DNA from: an uncultured Candidatus Saccharibacteria bacterium
GTDB lineage: Bacteria > Patescibacteriota > Saccharimonadia > Saccharimonadales > Saccharimonadaceae
Reading direction: 5' to 3'
NCBI GenBank assembly: GCA_964593465.1
Contig: CAZQJY010000001.1
Coordinates: forward strand, 74,480-138,479
DNA length: 64,000 bases
Program-made: the position numbers and the translations under genes
Shown: piece by piece, positions 35,608 to 45,894 of the stretch
Position numbering within the stretch: position 1 is the first letter of the stretch
How the letters are laid out: every line of letters begins with the position of its first letter
Notes under the pieces: model-generated
Told to the model about the DNA's origin: nothing
Databases searched by the model: none
The model's input: only the letters and a program-made list of their open reading frames with translations

Positions 35608-38144
35608 TGCGATTTATTCGATCGATAATACTTTTTTCTATGGCCACTACCATCGCCTTTACTTCTGTAACAGGGGCTACAGAGTACGGCTTCAGGGCAT
35701 CAAATGGAGTACTATACTATGATGAAGATGATAGGTGTGGCCCTAGCGGAGATAACTCCTCCAGCTCATCAGATGACGCGGATCTATCTAATGTATATAT
35801 CGTGGGAGACTCTATCACTGTAGGAGGATTGCGCTATGGTGATTATGTTGAAAAATTAAAATCTGCTGGTGCAAAAGAGGTACGGATTGTAGGGTCTAGC
35901 GGTGGTCGATTAGATGCGCCAGGTAGTGATGGGTGGATGGTTGAAACCGATGGTACACCCAAGCCACGTCCTGATAAACCCGGATTTGACTACATGCAAG
36001 AAGATAAAGATTTTATCAAAGACGCGACCACTGTCGTGATCGCACATGGCACCAATGGCATGCCGGGCGGCGCCAATGATATCCAAAAAGCTATCGATAT
36101 CATCAAGAACGACGCGGAGTCAAAAGCTAAAATATACTGGGTAGACATAGCTATTACTAATGGATCAGGATCAGGAACTCCAGGCACTGGTCCAGGAACA
36201 TACCATGACATATCCAGAAATCTCAATAAAGTTATTCACGACAATACCAGCAAGGGCTACTCTGTCATCTCATGGGCAAAGGCTGTCGATAGTGACTTTG
36301 ACCCGAATAAAAGCGAGCCTGCAAAAGACGCAAACAATATGCTTGGCGACGGTATTCACCCTGCCGACTACAATAAATATACAGATGTAATAGTAGACCA
36401 GCTCAAGGGCTCCGGGAACACCAATACGCCTTCAGATAACTCAGCCACCCCAGTAGCAACCGGCGAAGAGAACAGAGTTGTCATGACTAATGGCTTCACG
36501 GCAGGTAAAAACGGCCGTAAACGAATTATCGTGCACTGGACTGGCGCAAATTCGCTAGACAAAGCTCTAGAGTATAGAAGAAATACTGGAGACGGGTATC
36601 ATATACTCATAGATAAAGACGGCAAAGAAACCCGCACAGCAGAAGATGAACAAATAGCCTGGGGTGCGGCCGACTCAAACAAGGACAGCCTACATGTCTC
36701 AATGGTATCTGACGGATCCGAGAAGTTCGATCCAGAGTCTCCTCAAGTACGAGCACTCTCTGCACGTATTGGCAAATGGGCAAAACAGTACGACATACCC
36801 CTTAAGAAGATAAGTGGACCCGGTGTACTAGACAGTGGAGATGAAAAAGGTGTGCTTGGCCATCTAGATGTTCAAAATGCATCACCAGGTTCATACCCAA
36901 ACAAAGACCATCCAGATCCAGGAGAAGATTTTCCATGGGATGAAGTACTAAAAAACGCCGGCGGTGATACATCGGCGAGTGATGTTAGTGATGTATGTTG
37001 TGCTTCTGGCGGAAACACAGGCGGGTCAATAATTAACGCTAGTGTCGGAGGAGGAGGTGGCTGCGGTGTGGACAAAGATGGCGATCAAGGTAATAAGGAG
37101 CAGATCTGGTCATTTCTAATCAATAAGTTCGAAGGTGAAGGCTATAATCGAGATGAAGCCGAAAAAGCAGCCTCTGGAGTTATGGGGAATATGTGGCAAG
37201 AGACAGGTGGTAGTTTTAACCCTCATATTGACCACGGTATGGGTTGTAATAGCGGACCCGCAATAGGACTGAATCAGTGGTGTTTTGAGCGACAAACTAA
37301 TCTAAAAAACTTTGGCGAAGAAAAGGGTAATGGCTGGCAATGTCTGGGCACTCAATTAGAGTTTTTATGGGGTGAAATGACAACAACCCATAAGCATTTG
37401 TTCGAAGTTATGAAGGGTAAGCCTCCACGTGAAGCTGCCGAGATTTTCGACCATGGCGGGGATGGAGCGAGCCAGGGTATTGCAGGATTTGAAGAATCTT
37501 GGGATAGCCAAAAGGGAATGCATGTGCGCGCTGGATTTGCTGATGAAATTTACAAAGAGTTTACAGGTAAAGATCCTTCCACCCTCAGTAGCAATAGTAG
37601 TGCAAATTGCACCAACAAGAGCAGTACCGGTGCGCCAAACGGAAGCATCGCCGAAGTAGCAGAAGAGATGGCAAGCTGGGCCAAAGAGGCCGGAGGTACC
37701 TGCTACGCAAGTGAGGGTCACGGGACCCCTACCGAAGATATTAAACGAAGAGTAGAGAACCATTTTAGAGGGGTAGAAAACGGCGTCGACTGCTCCAGTT
37801 TTGTGCGAGCCGTCATGGTAACTGCTACAGGTAAAGATCCAGGGGAGAATGGGGCAAGGTCAAATACAACAACAGGAATCTGCAACTCACCATGGTACAA
37901 AGAAATATCTGAAAATGAAGCTGGCCCTGGCGATGTAATAGTAACCGGCGCAGGATGCAGCTCTCATGCAGCTGTCATCATCAAGGATGAGGGGAACGGA
38001 GTATTTACAACTGCCGACTCCCAAAGCCCTGGCTGCGGCCCAGATGGTTTTGGTCCTAATGTAGTTGAGGGTAGCCCGGGAAGCTGGAATAATGGTCAGC
38101 ACCCTAGAAAAATATTTAGGTTTGTCGAAAACACTCAAGTTTAA
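35598..38144 (+). CDS. secreted multi-domain cell-wall hydrolase: SGNH + amidase_2 + phage-tail-lysozyme-like + NlpC/P60 (cassette 1)
   Basis: signal peptide; GDSIT..HGTN..DGIHP; IIVHWT..YH.LID..LGHLDV..HPDPG; GVMGNMWQET..GLNQW; GVDCSSFV..PGD..H. Confidence 0.82.
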   Translation: MSIMRFIRSIILFSMATTIAFTSVTGATEYGFRASNGVLYYDEDDRCGPSGDNSSSSSDDADLSNVYIVGDSITVGGLRYGDYVEKLKSAGAKEVRIVGSSGGRLDAPGSDGWMVETDGTPKPRPDKPGFDYMQEDKDFIKDATTVVIAHGTNGMPGGANDIQKAIDIIKNDAESKAKIYWVDIAITNGSGSGTPGTGPGTYHDISRNLNKVIHDNTSKGYSVISWAKAVDSDFDPNKSEPAKDANNMLGDGIHPADYNKYTDVIVDQLKGSGNTNTPSDNSATPVATGEENRVVMTNGFTAGKNGRKRIIVHWTGANSLDKALEYRRNTGDGYHILIDKDGKETRTAEDEQIAWGAADSNKDSLHVSMVSDGSEKFDPESPQVRALSARIGKWAKQYDIPLKKISGPGVLDSGDEKGVLGHLDVQNASPGSYPNKDHPDPGEDFPWDEVLKNAGGDTSASDVSDVCCASGGNTGGSIINASVGGGGGCGVDKDGDQGNKEQIWSFLINKFEGEGYNRDEAEKAASGVMGNMWQETGGSFNPHIDHGMGCNSGPAIGLNQWCFERQTNLKNFGEEKGNGWQCLGTQLEFLWGEMTTTHKHLFEVMKGKPPREAAEIFDHGGDGASQGIAGFEESWDSQKGMHVRAGFADEIYKEFTGKDPSTLSSNSSANCTNKSSTGAPNGSIAEVAEEMASWAKEAGGTCYASEGHGTPTEDIKRRVENHFRGVENGVDCSSFVRAVMVTATGKDPGENGARSNTTTGICNSPWYKEISENEAGPGDVIVTGAGCSSHAAVIIKDEGNGVFTTADSQSPGCGPDGFGPNVVEGSPGSWNNGQHPRKIFRFVENTQV

Positions 38145-38160
38145 TAAGAGGAGATTCTCA

Positions 38161-38550
38161 GTGGATATAGAGTACATACAAAGTTGGATATATAGGTATC
38201 GTTTCTTATTAATCATCATTTTTGTCGTAATCATAGCGGGCTTAGTGGGCGTTACCTCAATGCAAAACTACCGTGATACACATATAGCAAAAGAAACGAT
38301 AAATAAAGTCGTTGATCCTGCAGAATTTGAAATAAAAAAAGTACTTCTGTCGAATGAAGGCTGGAAGTACGTACAGATTGCATATACACAAGGAGAACTC
38401 AAAGGCACGACCGCCGTAGCAATACTCCACGACGAAGCAGATAGAACAGTTCTTAAGGTTGGGCCCGGAACTAGTTTATCAAAAAGTGTTATGAAAAACG
38501 CAGGTGTACCAAATAATATCCAAGCGGAAATACTAAGAATATCCCTATAG
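38161..38550 (+). CDS. small single-TM accessory protein (cassette 1)
   Basis: SD GAGGAG then GTG 38161; N-terminal TM; ends in GPGT..GVP..I. Confidence 0.7.
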   Translation: MDIEYIQSWIYRYRFLLIIIFVVIIAGLVGVTSMQNYRDTHIAKETINKVVDPAEFEIKKVLLSNEGWKYVQIAYTQGELKGTTAVAILHDEADRTVLKVGPGTSLSKSVMKNAGVPNNIQAEILRISL

Positions 38551-38568
38551 TTCGCGAGAAAATTTATT

Positions 38569-40101
38569 ATGAATCGTAATCCACTAGATCCACTCAAAAA
38601 AATAATAATCTACACCACAGTAATAGGTGCCATTACCTTAAGTCTGTTATTTTTTATCATCAATTATACGTTTGCCTATATAGCCGTCGAGAAACCAGAC
38701 GGTATACGTGATACGCGCATATCACTGTACTACAACTCCTACCAGAAAGAGATTGGAAAACCAGGTCTCCATATAGTCAAAAGGGGGGCTGATGAAATAT
38801 CCGTCTGGTCTGGTGATAATATACATACATCGTCACCTTTTAAAACTCCTTGGTATGGATTCTCCTATAAAAAGATTAAAATTCAGTATGATAAGAATGC
38901 CGATAAAGCCGCGTATCAATCCATGCTTGATGATGCATGTGGTACGTACAGTAAAAATCTAGCCACCTTGTTGCAATATAAGTGTACAGCACCGAGGGCA
39001 TTAACTCGGTTCAATACGCCTGACCGCGGAGAGTGGACAACGAATAGCATATATTCTGAAATTTATTTTGCAAACATGTCACCAAAGCCTTATATAGGGG
39101 GGTTATTGGGCGTGGACTACGACCTACACCACCCGCCCAGCATAGTCGCTATTCGCGATAACGGCAGCACAAGAAAATTCAATCCACCAGAAGGATATAG
39201 GCAGGATACATTCTCATCCGCAAAGATCTTTACCGATACGCACACTACGGAAAATAATCGCTTTGTAATTGTAGAGTCAGACGGAACAATATATTTAGCC
39301 ACACCTACATCCGATGATTTGTCGGCTATAGAATATAAAAAGATTGAGACACCAAAAGATTACGATATAAACAACTCTCAAACAATATGCGACATCAAAA
39401 AAACTATTGTTGCATGTTACACAGGGCAGACGAGCACGCCAAAAGGAGCGGTAAGCTCTAAGCCAACGAGGTCATATATAACAATAATGAATTTCGAGAA
39501 TAATGATCGACGTGAAATCAAACTACAGGATAATTTAATTTTACAGAATTTCGTTATTACAACAGACAGTAGGATGTTTGGTAGTAATCGTGGTGAGTTA
39601 CTATACTTCAAACAAGATAGAAGTGGGGACAAAGCTTTAGGTATTAAAATGTCTAAAGAAATCTCGGCAATCTCGGCTGATGACGATATATACTTCATTA
39701 AAAACAATGGCATCTACAAGGCAAGCACTACCACCTTTGAGTCGTATCGAGTGTTCTATTCTCCAAGTATACAGCCGGTAAAACTTATGACAGTCGATAA
39801 AAAGGTGTTTACCATCGGTAAATCAACATTTATTAAAAACTATACCTATGCATGGCAACTCAATAACCAAGATAATACTACTAATTCTCCCCGAGCTATT
39901 GACCTACTTCCATCTGTACCAGAATCCTCAACATATGGCACAACTGACCTTTCAGAAGATAAGTTATACATAGTAACACCTCTCACTCGTTCATCAAGTA
40001 ATAAAGATACTGAAAGAATAAAGCGTAACACTCTCGACTATCTTAAGCTTATTGGAGTTAATACCGACGAATTTACTATCGTATATCCATACGACAAGTA
40101 G
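38569..40101 (+). CDS. single-TM extracellular accessory protein, probably beta-rich (cassette 1)
   Basis: 510 aa; N-terminal TM; AT-rich; C-terminal ..LDYLKLIGVNTDEFTIVY. Confidence 0.75.
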   Translation: MNRNPLDPLKKIIIYTTVIGAITLSLLFFIINYTFAYIAVEKPDGIRDTRISLYYNSYQKEIGKPGLHIVKRGADEISVWSGDNIHTSSPFKTPWYGFSYKKIKIQYDKNADKAAYQSMLDDACGTYSKNLATLLQYKCTAPRALTRFNTPDRGEWTTNSIYSEIYFANMSPKPYIGGLLGVDYDLHHPPSIVAIRDNGSTRKFNPPEGYRQDTFSSAKIFTDTHTTENNRFVIVESDGTIYLATPTSDDLSAIEYKKIETPKDYDINNSQTICDIKKTIVACYTGQTSTPKGAVSSKPTRSYITIMNFENNDRREIKLQDNLILQNFVITTDSRMFGSNRGELLYFKQDRSGDKALGIKMSKEISAISADDDIYFIKNNGIYKASTTTFESYRVFYSPSIQPVKLMTVDKKVFTIGKSTFIKNYTYAWQLNNQDNTTNSPRAIDLLPSVPESSTYGTTDLSEDKLYIVTPLTRSSSNKDTERIKRNTLDYLKLIGVNTDEFTIVYPYDK

Positions 40102-40148
40102 CAGTACTTCAATACAGACAATTACTTCTAGCAATTCCATTATATATA

Positions 40149-40177
40149 TTGCATAATAAGCAATTTTACGCTATACT
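40149..40177 (+). promoter_or_regulatory. internal sigma70-type promoter before cassette 2
   Basis: TTGCAT, 17 nt, TATACT. Confidence 0.5.
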
Positions 40178-40249
40178 CTATCTGTAACTACGTAATCTCG
40201 TGTGCCATAGTGTGGGAGCTTACGAGAGATGGGAAACTACCACTGCTCG

Positions 40250-43165
40250 ATGTCGACAAATTTAGACGACAATCCAGATAAATACGCACCTCGCTACGAC
40301 GGTGAGTATTTACGTAAGAGTGAGCAGCAGCCAGACACCCATACAACAGACGAGCAGCAGCGCCTAGATCCCCCTCAGACACACACAAATCCATCACCGC
40401 GAAGCCGCAAGCAATTGCTACAAAAAGCTTTTAGCAACATACGTGGCACGCGTTCCGCATCACCTATACTCCTCATTGCAATACTACTATTTGGTGGCGG
40501 TAGTATATTCACTGCTATATTAGCACCAGGTGCGACACTTTTGCATCTAGCCGATACACTCGAGCGTGACCTCAACAGTCAGCTCTCTGCAATGGACAAG
40601 ACCTCTATGCAGCTATGGCGCACGAAGCTCAAGCAAACAACCTCAGGCTCGTGCGGGGCAGTGAAGCTAAAATGTCGCTTTGCCACAGTCAATGAAGAAA
40701 AATTCAGCAAAGCCGTACAACGCGCAAATGGCGGACGCACAGACGTGCTCCGTGTTCACTACGACGAAACAAAAAAAGGAGTGCTTCCTGGCAGATCAGC
40801 CATAAAATCTTTTGAGTATATCGACGACAAAGGCGTCTCGCACTCACTTGATTCAGCTGAAAAGTTTACTAGCTTTATGAAAGAAAATACCGGATTTCGC
40901 TCGATGATGTACGGTGTGTATAGTCCGCGCTTTTCACCGTTTAAAAACAAAGCTACGATGAAGTTCTTGAACAAAAACAAAACCAGCTGGGCAAAAAAGC
41001 TTGTTGGCAAAAACGAAAAGGAAGTTGACGCCAGTGCCAAGCGAGCTATAAAAGGCACAACCACACTAGCAGTAACAAAACTTACACCCGTAACAGACGA
41101 AGACGGCAACCAGACGGGGGAATACGAAGACGAGAAGGGTAATAAATACAGCGCCGACGAAGCCAAGGGCTTACTCGAACAAGAAGAGCGGATCAAAAAA
41201 AGCCCGACAACACAAAAGGTACTTGGTAACATGGCAAAGGGTGTACTGATCACAGGTCTTGCCGACACAGCCTGCACCATCTATAACACCTCGCGTGCAG
41301 TAAGTGTCAGCGCCAAAACTATTCGTGCCGCCGAATTGGTACGCACAGGTAATATCTACGCTATAAACGAACCTCATGCTATCAAAGCCGAGATGGCCAC
41401 GCCAGAAACGGTACAATACGCCTCAAACAACATCATGGCCATGGAACCGCGCACAAAAGTAGCCGACGAATCCCAGCTTGCCAGTACACCGGCTGGTCAA
41501 AAGCTTGCTGAAATAGATAATCCTAGTGGTGGCCAGACCGGTATGGATTCTCCTATATACAAAATATCGAGCAGCCAAGACTACCCAGAAAAGCTTGATG
41601 CCGAGACACAAGCACTGCTACCTGGCGGTGGACTCACGGGCACACTTGATAGTGTTAATACTGACATCGCAAACGCACTTGGATCTAACGATCCCGCTAC
41701 ACTATCCGAACGCTGCAAGATAATCCAAAACCCAGTTGTGCGTGGTGGCTCGCTCATTATCGGTATTGCAGCGGGTGTTGGTAGTTTTGGTACAAGTACG
41801 GCTTTTTCCGTAGCAGGTAGTGCGGCACTTGGGCTCGCCCTACCATACCTGACAGCACAGCTTGCTGATATGGTCGCAGGTAATGTCACCGAGGGACTCA
41901 AGGGTAAGAATCTTGTAAGCGCTGTATCTGTGGGGGCATCGCTTACCTACAACGGTATTGCACGCAGCCAAGGCATGATGACGATGAGCCCCGAAAATAT
42001 GGCTGATTATCAAAACGGTAAACGTGAGTCACTTGTAGCATATGACGAGATAGACAAGATGGCAGCACGCAAAAACCCTTTTGATGTGACAAATCAATTC
42101 TCATTTACCGGCTCGCTAGTACGCAGCAGTCTGCCAATCGCAGCAACAATTCGCAGCAATGGCGCAGGCTTAATTCAATCTCTCCCACAAATAGCATCAG
42201 TTGCAGCCAAAGCAATACTGCCGATAGCTGGCGCCGCAAGCGAACGAGATACACTCGTCCGTGCAGAGAGGTATAAGATGTGCGACGATGTGGACTACAA
42301 GGCACTTGGCGACGATGTAGCTGTTGATATAACTTGTGTGATGAACTTTGGCCTGCCACAAGAAGCAATGTCACTAGAAATAGATGAGGCGACAGATTAT
42401 ATGATTGCCAATGGCGAGGTGGATGCTAATGATATATCTGGCGATCCTGTTGACAATGGCAACACCTGGAATTACGCCAAATACTTAGAGCAGTGTCGCG
42501 ACAGTCAACCAGGTGCTGTCGAAGATATAGAGTCCGAACCAACCAACGGTGCCGGTTGCACTGATGAGAAAAATTTTGAGAAAAATTATCACTATGCGAA
42601 GTTTGAGGTGATTCGAAATTCTGATGACGGTATAAGCCAAGAGCTTCCCGGCATGGACAGTGGCGCACAACAAGAGTTTACTGATGGCTCTGCAGGTGAA
42701 ATTGGACTCGACGGCTGGGCATATCCAACCGACAAAAACAAGACAGAGGTATCGAGTAATTTTGGTCCTCGTGACGGAAAACAACACAATGGTGCTGATC
42801 TTACAGGGCCTCTTGGTACACCTATTTATGCCGCGAGAGACGGCGAGGTGATTGCTGCGGGACCCGCTAGCGGCTTTGGTAACTGGATTGTCCTTCAGCA
42901 CGACGTCAACGGCAAGCGTGTCGACACCGTCTACGGCCATATGCAGCGCAGCGGCGTGCTGGTGCGCGTAGGGCAACGAGTAAAAGCTGGCGAGATGATT
43001 GGCCGCATTGGCAATGAAGGCCAAAGCACCGGACCACACCTTCATTTTGAAGTATGGGATGGCGGGCGTAGCGATATGGAAGGTGGGTCTGGCGGCAAGG
43101 CAGTCGATCCGGCATCGTTTCTCGAAAAAGCATCAAGTAGCAACAGTAATGCGAGGGATGTTTAA
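40250..43165 (+). CDS. giant membrane-anchored M23 peptidase (cassette 2)
   Basis: start MSTNLDD (ATG 40250) mirrors MSTALDD of the paralog; HNGADL..YGHM..STGPHLHFEV. Confidence 0.85.
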   Translation: MSTNLDDNPDKYAPRYDGEYLRKSEQQPDTHTTDEQQRLDPPQTHTNPSPRSRKQLLQKAFSNIRGTRSASPILLIAILLFGGGSIFTAILAPGATLLHLADTLERDLNSQLSAMDKTSMQLWRTKLKQTTSGSCGAVKLKCRFATVNEEKFSKAVQRANGGRTDVLRVHYDETKKGVLPGRSAIKSFEYIDDKGVSHSLDSAEKFTSFMKENTGFRSMMYGVYSPRFSPFKNKATMKFLNKNKTSWAKKLVGKNEKEVDASAKRAIKGTTTLAVTKLTPVTDEDGNQTGEYEDEKGNKYSADEAKGLLEQEERIKKSPTTQKVLGNMAKGVLITGLADTACTIYNTSRAVSVSAKTIRAAELVRTGNIYAINEPHAIKAEMATPETVQYASNNIMAMEPRTKVADESQLASTPAGQKLAEIDNPSGGQTGMDSPIYKISSSQDYPEKLDAETQALLPGGGLTGTLDSVNTDIANALGSNDPATLSERCKIIQNPVVRGGSLIIGIAAGVGSFGTSTAFSVAGSAALGLALPYLTAQLADMVAGNVTEGLKGKNLVSAVSVGASLTYNGIARSQGMMTMSPENMADYQNGKRESLVAYDEIDKMAARKNPFDVTNQFSFTGSLVRSSLPIAATIRSNGAGLIQSLPQIASVAAKAILPIAGAASERDTLVRAERYKMCDDVDYKALGDDVAVDITCVMNFGLPQEAMSLEIDEATDYMIANGEVDANDISGDPVDNGNTWNYAKYLEQCRDSQPGAVEDIESEPTNGAGCTDEKNFEKNYHYAKFEVIRNSDDGISQELPGMDSGAQQEFTDGSAGEIGLDGWAYPTDKNKTEVSSNFGPRDGKQHNGADLTGPLGTPIYAARDGEVIAAGPASGFGNWIVLQHDVNGKRVDTVYGHMQRSGVLVRVGQRVKAGEMIGRIGNEGQSTGPHLHFEVWDGGRSDMEGGSGGKAVDPASFLEKASSSNSNARDV

Positions 43166-45235
43166 ATGAAAAAGCTTCGTATTATCTCGCTGCTATTTGC
43201 TGCTATCCTAATCACGCAAGAAGTGATTTTTCCTATCGACGTAATGGCGATATCCGACCCAAATAGGTTAATACGTCAAGATGCGTGGGGTATTGATGAC
43301 GAATGCGGCGTACCAACAAGCACCAGTGAATCTACCGATAACCTGCAGGAGGTAGTGAACGAAATTGTAGACGACGCAAAAAATAAAGGTGTCAATGCAT
43401 CCATAAAAATAAGTGGTGATCAATCCGCCTCTGCCGGATCATCAAGTCAGATGCCATCTGCGTCTATTATAAAACTCTTGGTTGCTGTAGCACTGATGAA
43501 AAAAGATATACCCCTCAATGACGTACGCACAGACCTAGAAACTATGATTCGAGACTCTGATAATGCGGCCGCCAATAGACTTATCAATGCCGCTGGCGGG
43601 TTTGATGCTATCAATACAGCAGCTCGTGAACTAAACATAGAGAATGATATTCATATCGGACGAAAAATGCTCGAAACACCCACAGGTTCCGACCCAAACA
43701 CTATCTCATCTACAGGCTCCGATATACTACTTGGCGCTATCAAAAAGTCTGCTGATAGCAGTGATCCTGTGAGTAAAGAGTACGCAACTGCTATCATCTC
43801 TGCTATGAAGAGCCAAACTGTAAACACGAAATGGGGCTCTTCTGGTATTCCTAGGCAACATATCGCCCATAAAACAGGTGAACTTGGTGGTGCGCAGCAT
43901 GATGTGGGATATTTTCTCAAAGATGATAGGTGGCTAGCCGTAACAATCCTCACGAACGAGCCTAATAGTAATGGCTCTCAGGGTATAGAGGTGGTGAAAA
44001 ATGCAGCCAAAAAAATCTGGGACGCATGGGAAAAAGGAGGTGAGATAGGCGACGACAATCAAGAGTCTGAAACTGTAGGCTCTCAAGACGAGCTAACTAC
44101 TAGTAGCTCATGCTGTCTCGACCCAAGCGCCAGCCGCGTTGCTCTAGCCGGCAATAACAATGTCGAAAAAATACTCAACTTCTATATGCGTAAAGGCCTC
44201 AACCTTGCCCAAGCAAGCGGTATCGTTGGTAATATGATGCAAGAGTCTGGCCTCAAACCAAATATCGTACAGGGTGGACGACTTATAGCACCAGGCGAAA
44301 ACTATCGCATGCAAAACGGTGTAGGGTTTGGGCTGATTCAATGGACATTCACTGGCAGACAAAAACCACTCCAGGATCATGTCGATAAAATGGGTGTTAA
44401 GAATACCGACCTCAGTGGGCAATTGAGTTTTACATGGGTAGAATTAACCGGGCCGTATCTTTCAACGTTGAATAATCTCCGGCGTACCAACGATCCTATA
44501 CAGGCGGCTGTTGTTGTACACGATGGCTACGAAAAATCTGCTGACTCTGCAGGGCAGGTGCGAAGTGTGCGTGGTGGTAATGCAAAGAAAATTTTCGACC
44601 AATACAAAAACGCGCCGGCATTAGCTGGAAGCTCCGCTGCAAGCGCCATGAATAATCCGTCGGGATTAGAAGAAGTTGACGCACATGGGCAAGCTGACAC
44701 AGAAACAGCAGCTAGTGTGGACGAAAGTGGTGAATCCACAGGAGGCTGCGGCAGTGCAGCTGGCGGCAACTTCATAGATACTCTCAAAGCCTACGCTTGG
44801 CCAACATGGAAAGGTCTAGACACTAAACCCACCAACTCTTACGCAGGAGCTGTATCAAGAGCTTTGAGTGGAGGATTTTATGTTGGCGGCATCAGGTATA
44901 GAGGGATTGACTGTGGTGGATTTGTTACACTTCTAGTACGTGATAGTGGTTATGACAAGGGCTATAACTTCGATGGCAAAGGAGGCCCCACAAGCTCTCA
45001 GGAACAATGGATGCGCTCAAACTGGCAATCACTCGGGTCGAGCTCTAGTATTAACGCTGGTACGTTGCAACCTGGCGACGTTGCAATTAATTCAACTCAC
45101 ACGTTTATATACGTTGGAGATGTTCCAGGGTTTGGATCTAAAATAGCGTCCGCCTCACTCGATGAACGTGCACCAATGGCCGATACGCAACAGAGTCCAA
45201 CTCAACCGGGTTATAATTGGTACAGGAAAAAATAA
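43166..45235 (+). CDS. secreted multi-domain hydrolase: class A beta-lactamase-like serine peptidase + phage-tail-lysozyme-like + NlpC/P60 (cassette 2)
   Basis: signal peptide; SIIK, SDN, HKTG; GIVGNMMQESG..GLIQWT; GIDCGGFV..PGD..H. Confidence 0.85.
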   Translation: MKKLRIISLLFAAILITQEVIFPIDVMAISDPNRLIRQDAWGIDDECGVPTSTSESTDNLQEVVNEIVDDAKNKGVNASIKISGDQSASAGSSSQMPSASIIKLLVAVALMKKDIPLNDVRTDLETMIRDSDNAAANRLINAAGGFDAINTAARELNIENDIHIGRKMLETPTGSDPNTISSTGSDILLGAIKKSADSSDPVSKEYATAIISAMKSQTVNTKWGSSGIPRQHIAHKTGELGGAQHDVGYFLKDDRWLAVTILTNEPNSNGSQGIEVVKNAAKKIWDAWEKGGEIGDDNQESETVGSQDELTTSSSCCLDPSASRVALAGNNNVEKILNFYMRKGLNLAQASGIVGNMMQESGLKPNIVQGGRLIAPGENYRMQNGVGFGLIQWTFTGRQKPLQDHVDKMGVKNTDLSGQLSFTWVELTGPYLSTLNNLRRTNDPIQAAVVVHDGYEKSADSAGQVRSVRGGNAKKIFDQYKNAPALAGSSAASAMNNPSGLEEVDAHGQADTETAASVDESGESTGGCGSAAGGNFIDTLKAYAWPTWKGLDTKPTNSYAGAVSRALSGGFYVGGIRYRGIDCGGFVTLLVRDSGYDKGYNFDGKGGPTSSQEQWMRSNWQSLGSSSSINAGTLQPGDVAINSTHTFIYVGDVPGFGSKIASASLDERAPMADTQQSPTQPGYNWYRKK

Positions 45236-45894
45236 TGCAATACGAGCCAGCTTACTACATCGGAAAATATCGTACTCATATATTTGTGACATTTATCGTG
45301 CTATTAGTGGCTATTATTAGTTTTGTTATATATACGCAGTGGCGAAATTCTATCGAGCGAGCCGGCAAGATTGCCGTGCCTGTAGAGGTAGCTCCACGAG
45401 ATGCAAGTGTAAAATTAGGTGATGATTCTATAACTAGTCGCGGCACAGCCTGGATTACACCAGGCGAATACGAGGTCGTGGTGACACGCGAGGGATTTAA
45501 ATCACAAACACGTACAATTCGCGTATCCGAAGATGCTGAGCCATATATTTATATCGCACTCGCTGGCAACACAGACAAGGCAAAGAAGTGGCAAGAGTCG
45601 CACCAGTCGGAATACAAACGTCTCGAGCTACTCACAATTCAAAAATCGCGCGAATACAATACCAGGTTCAAGTCAAACAACCCAATTGTAAATATTTTAC
45701 CAATCAAAGATCCGTATTATTCCATAGATTATCGCAATAATAATGACAAGAATATTGAGCTAATTATTTATGGCACATCACCGCAATATAGGCAGGTAGC
45801 TGTGGATTTCCTGCGCAAACAGGGATACGATCCGATAGACTACAAAGTGACATATGAGGGATTTAAAAATCCGCTAGGAAACAACGATGAATAG
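45235..45894 (+). CDS. single-TM PEGA-like accessory protein (cassette 2)
   Basis: TAATG overlap with the hydrolase; TM; PGEYEVVVTREGF PEGA-like motif; LP..DPYYSIDY..AVDFLRKQGYDP. Confidence 0.78.
   Translation: MQYEPAYYIGKYRTHIFVTFIVLLVAIISFVIYTQWRNSIERAGKIAVPVEVAPRDASVKLGDDSITSRGTAWITPGEYEVVVTREGFKSQTRTIRVSEDAEPYIYIALAGNTDKAKKWQESHQSEYKRLELLTIQKSREYNTRFKSNNPIVNILPIKDPYYSIDYRNNNDKNIELIIYGTSPQYRQVAVDFLRKQGYDPIDYKVTYEGFKNPLGNNDE

Noticed and set aside
37090-37570. Prophage, because of phage-tail-lysozyme domains
   Set aside because: No capsid, terminase, portal or integrase; the domains are fused to signal peptides inside the T4SS operon
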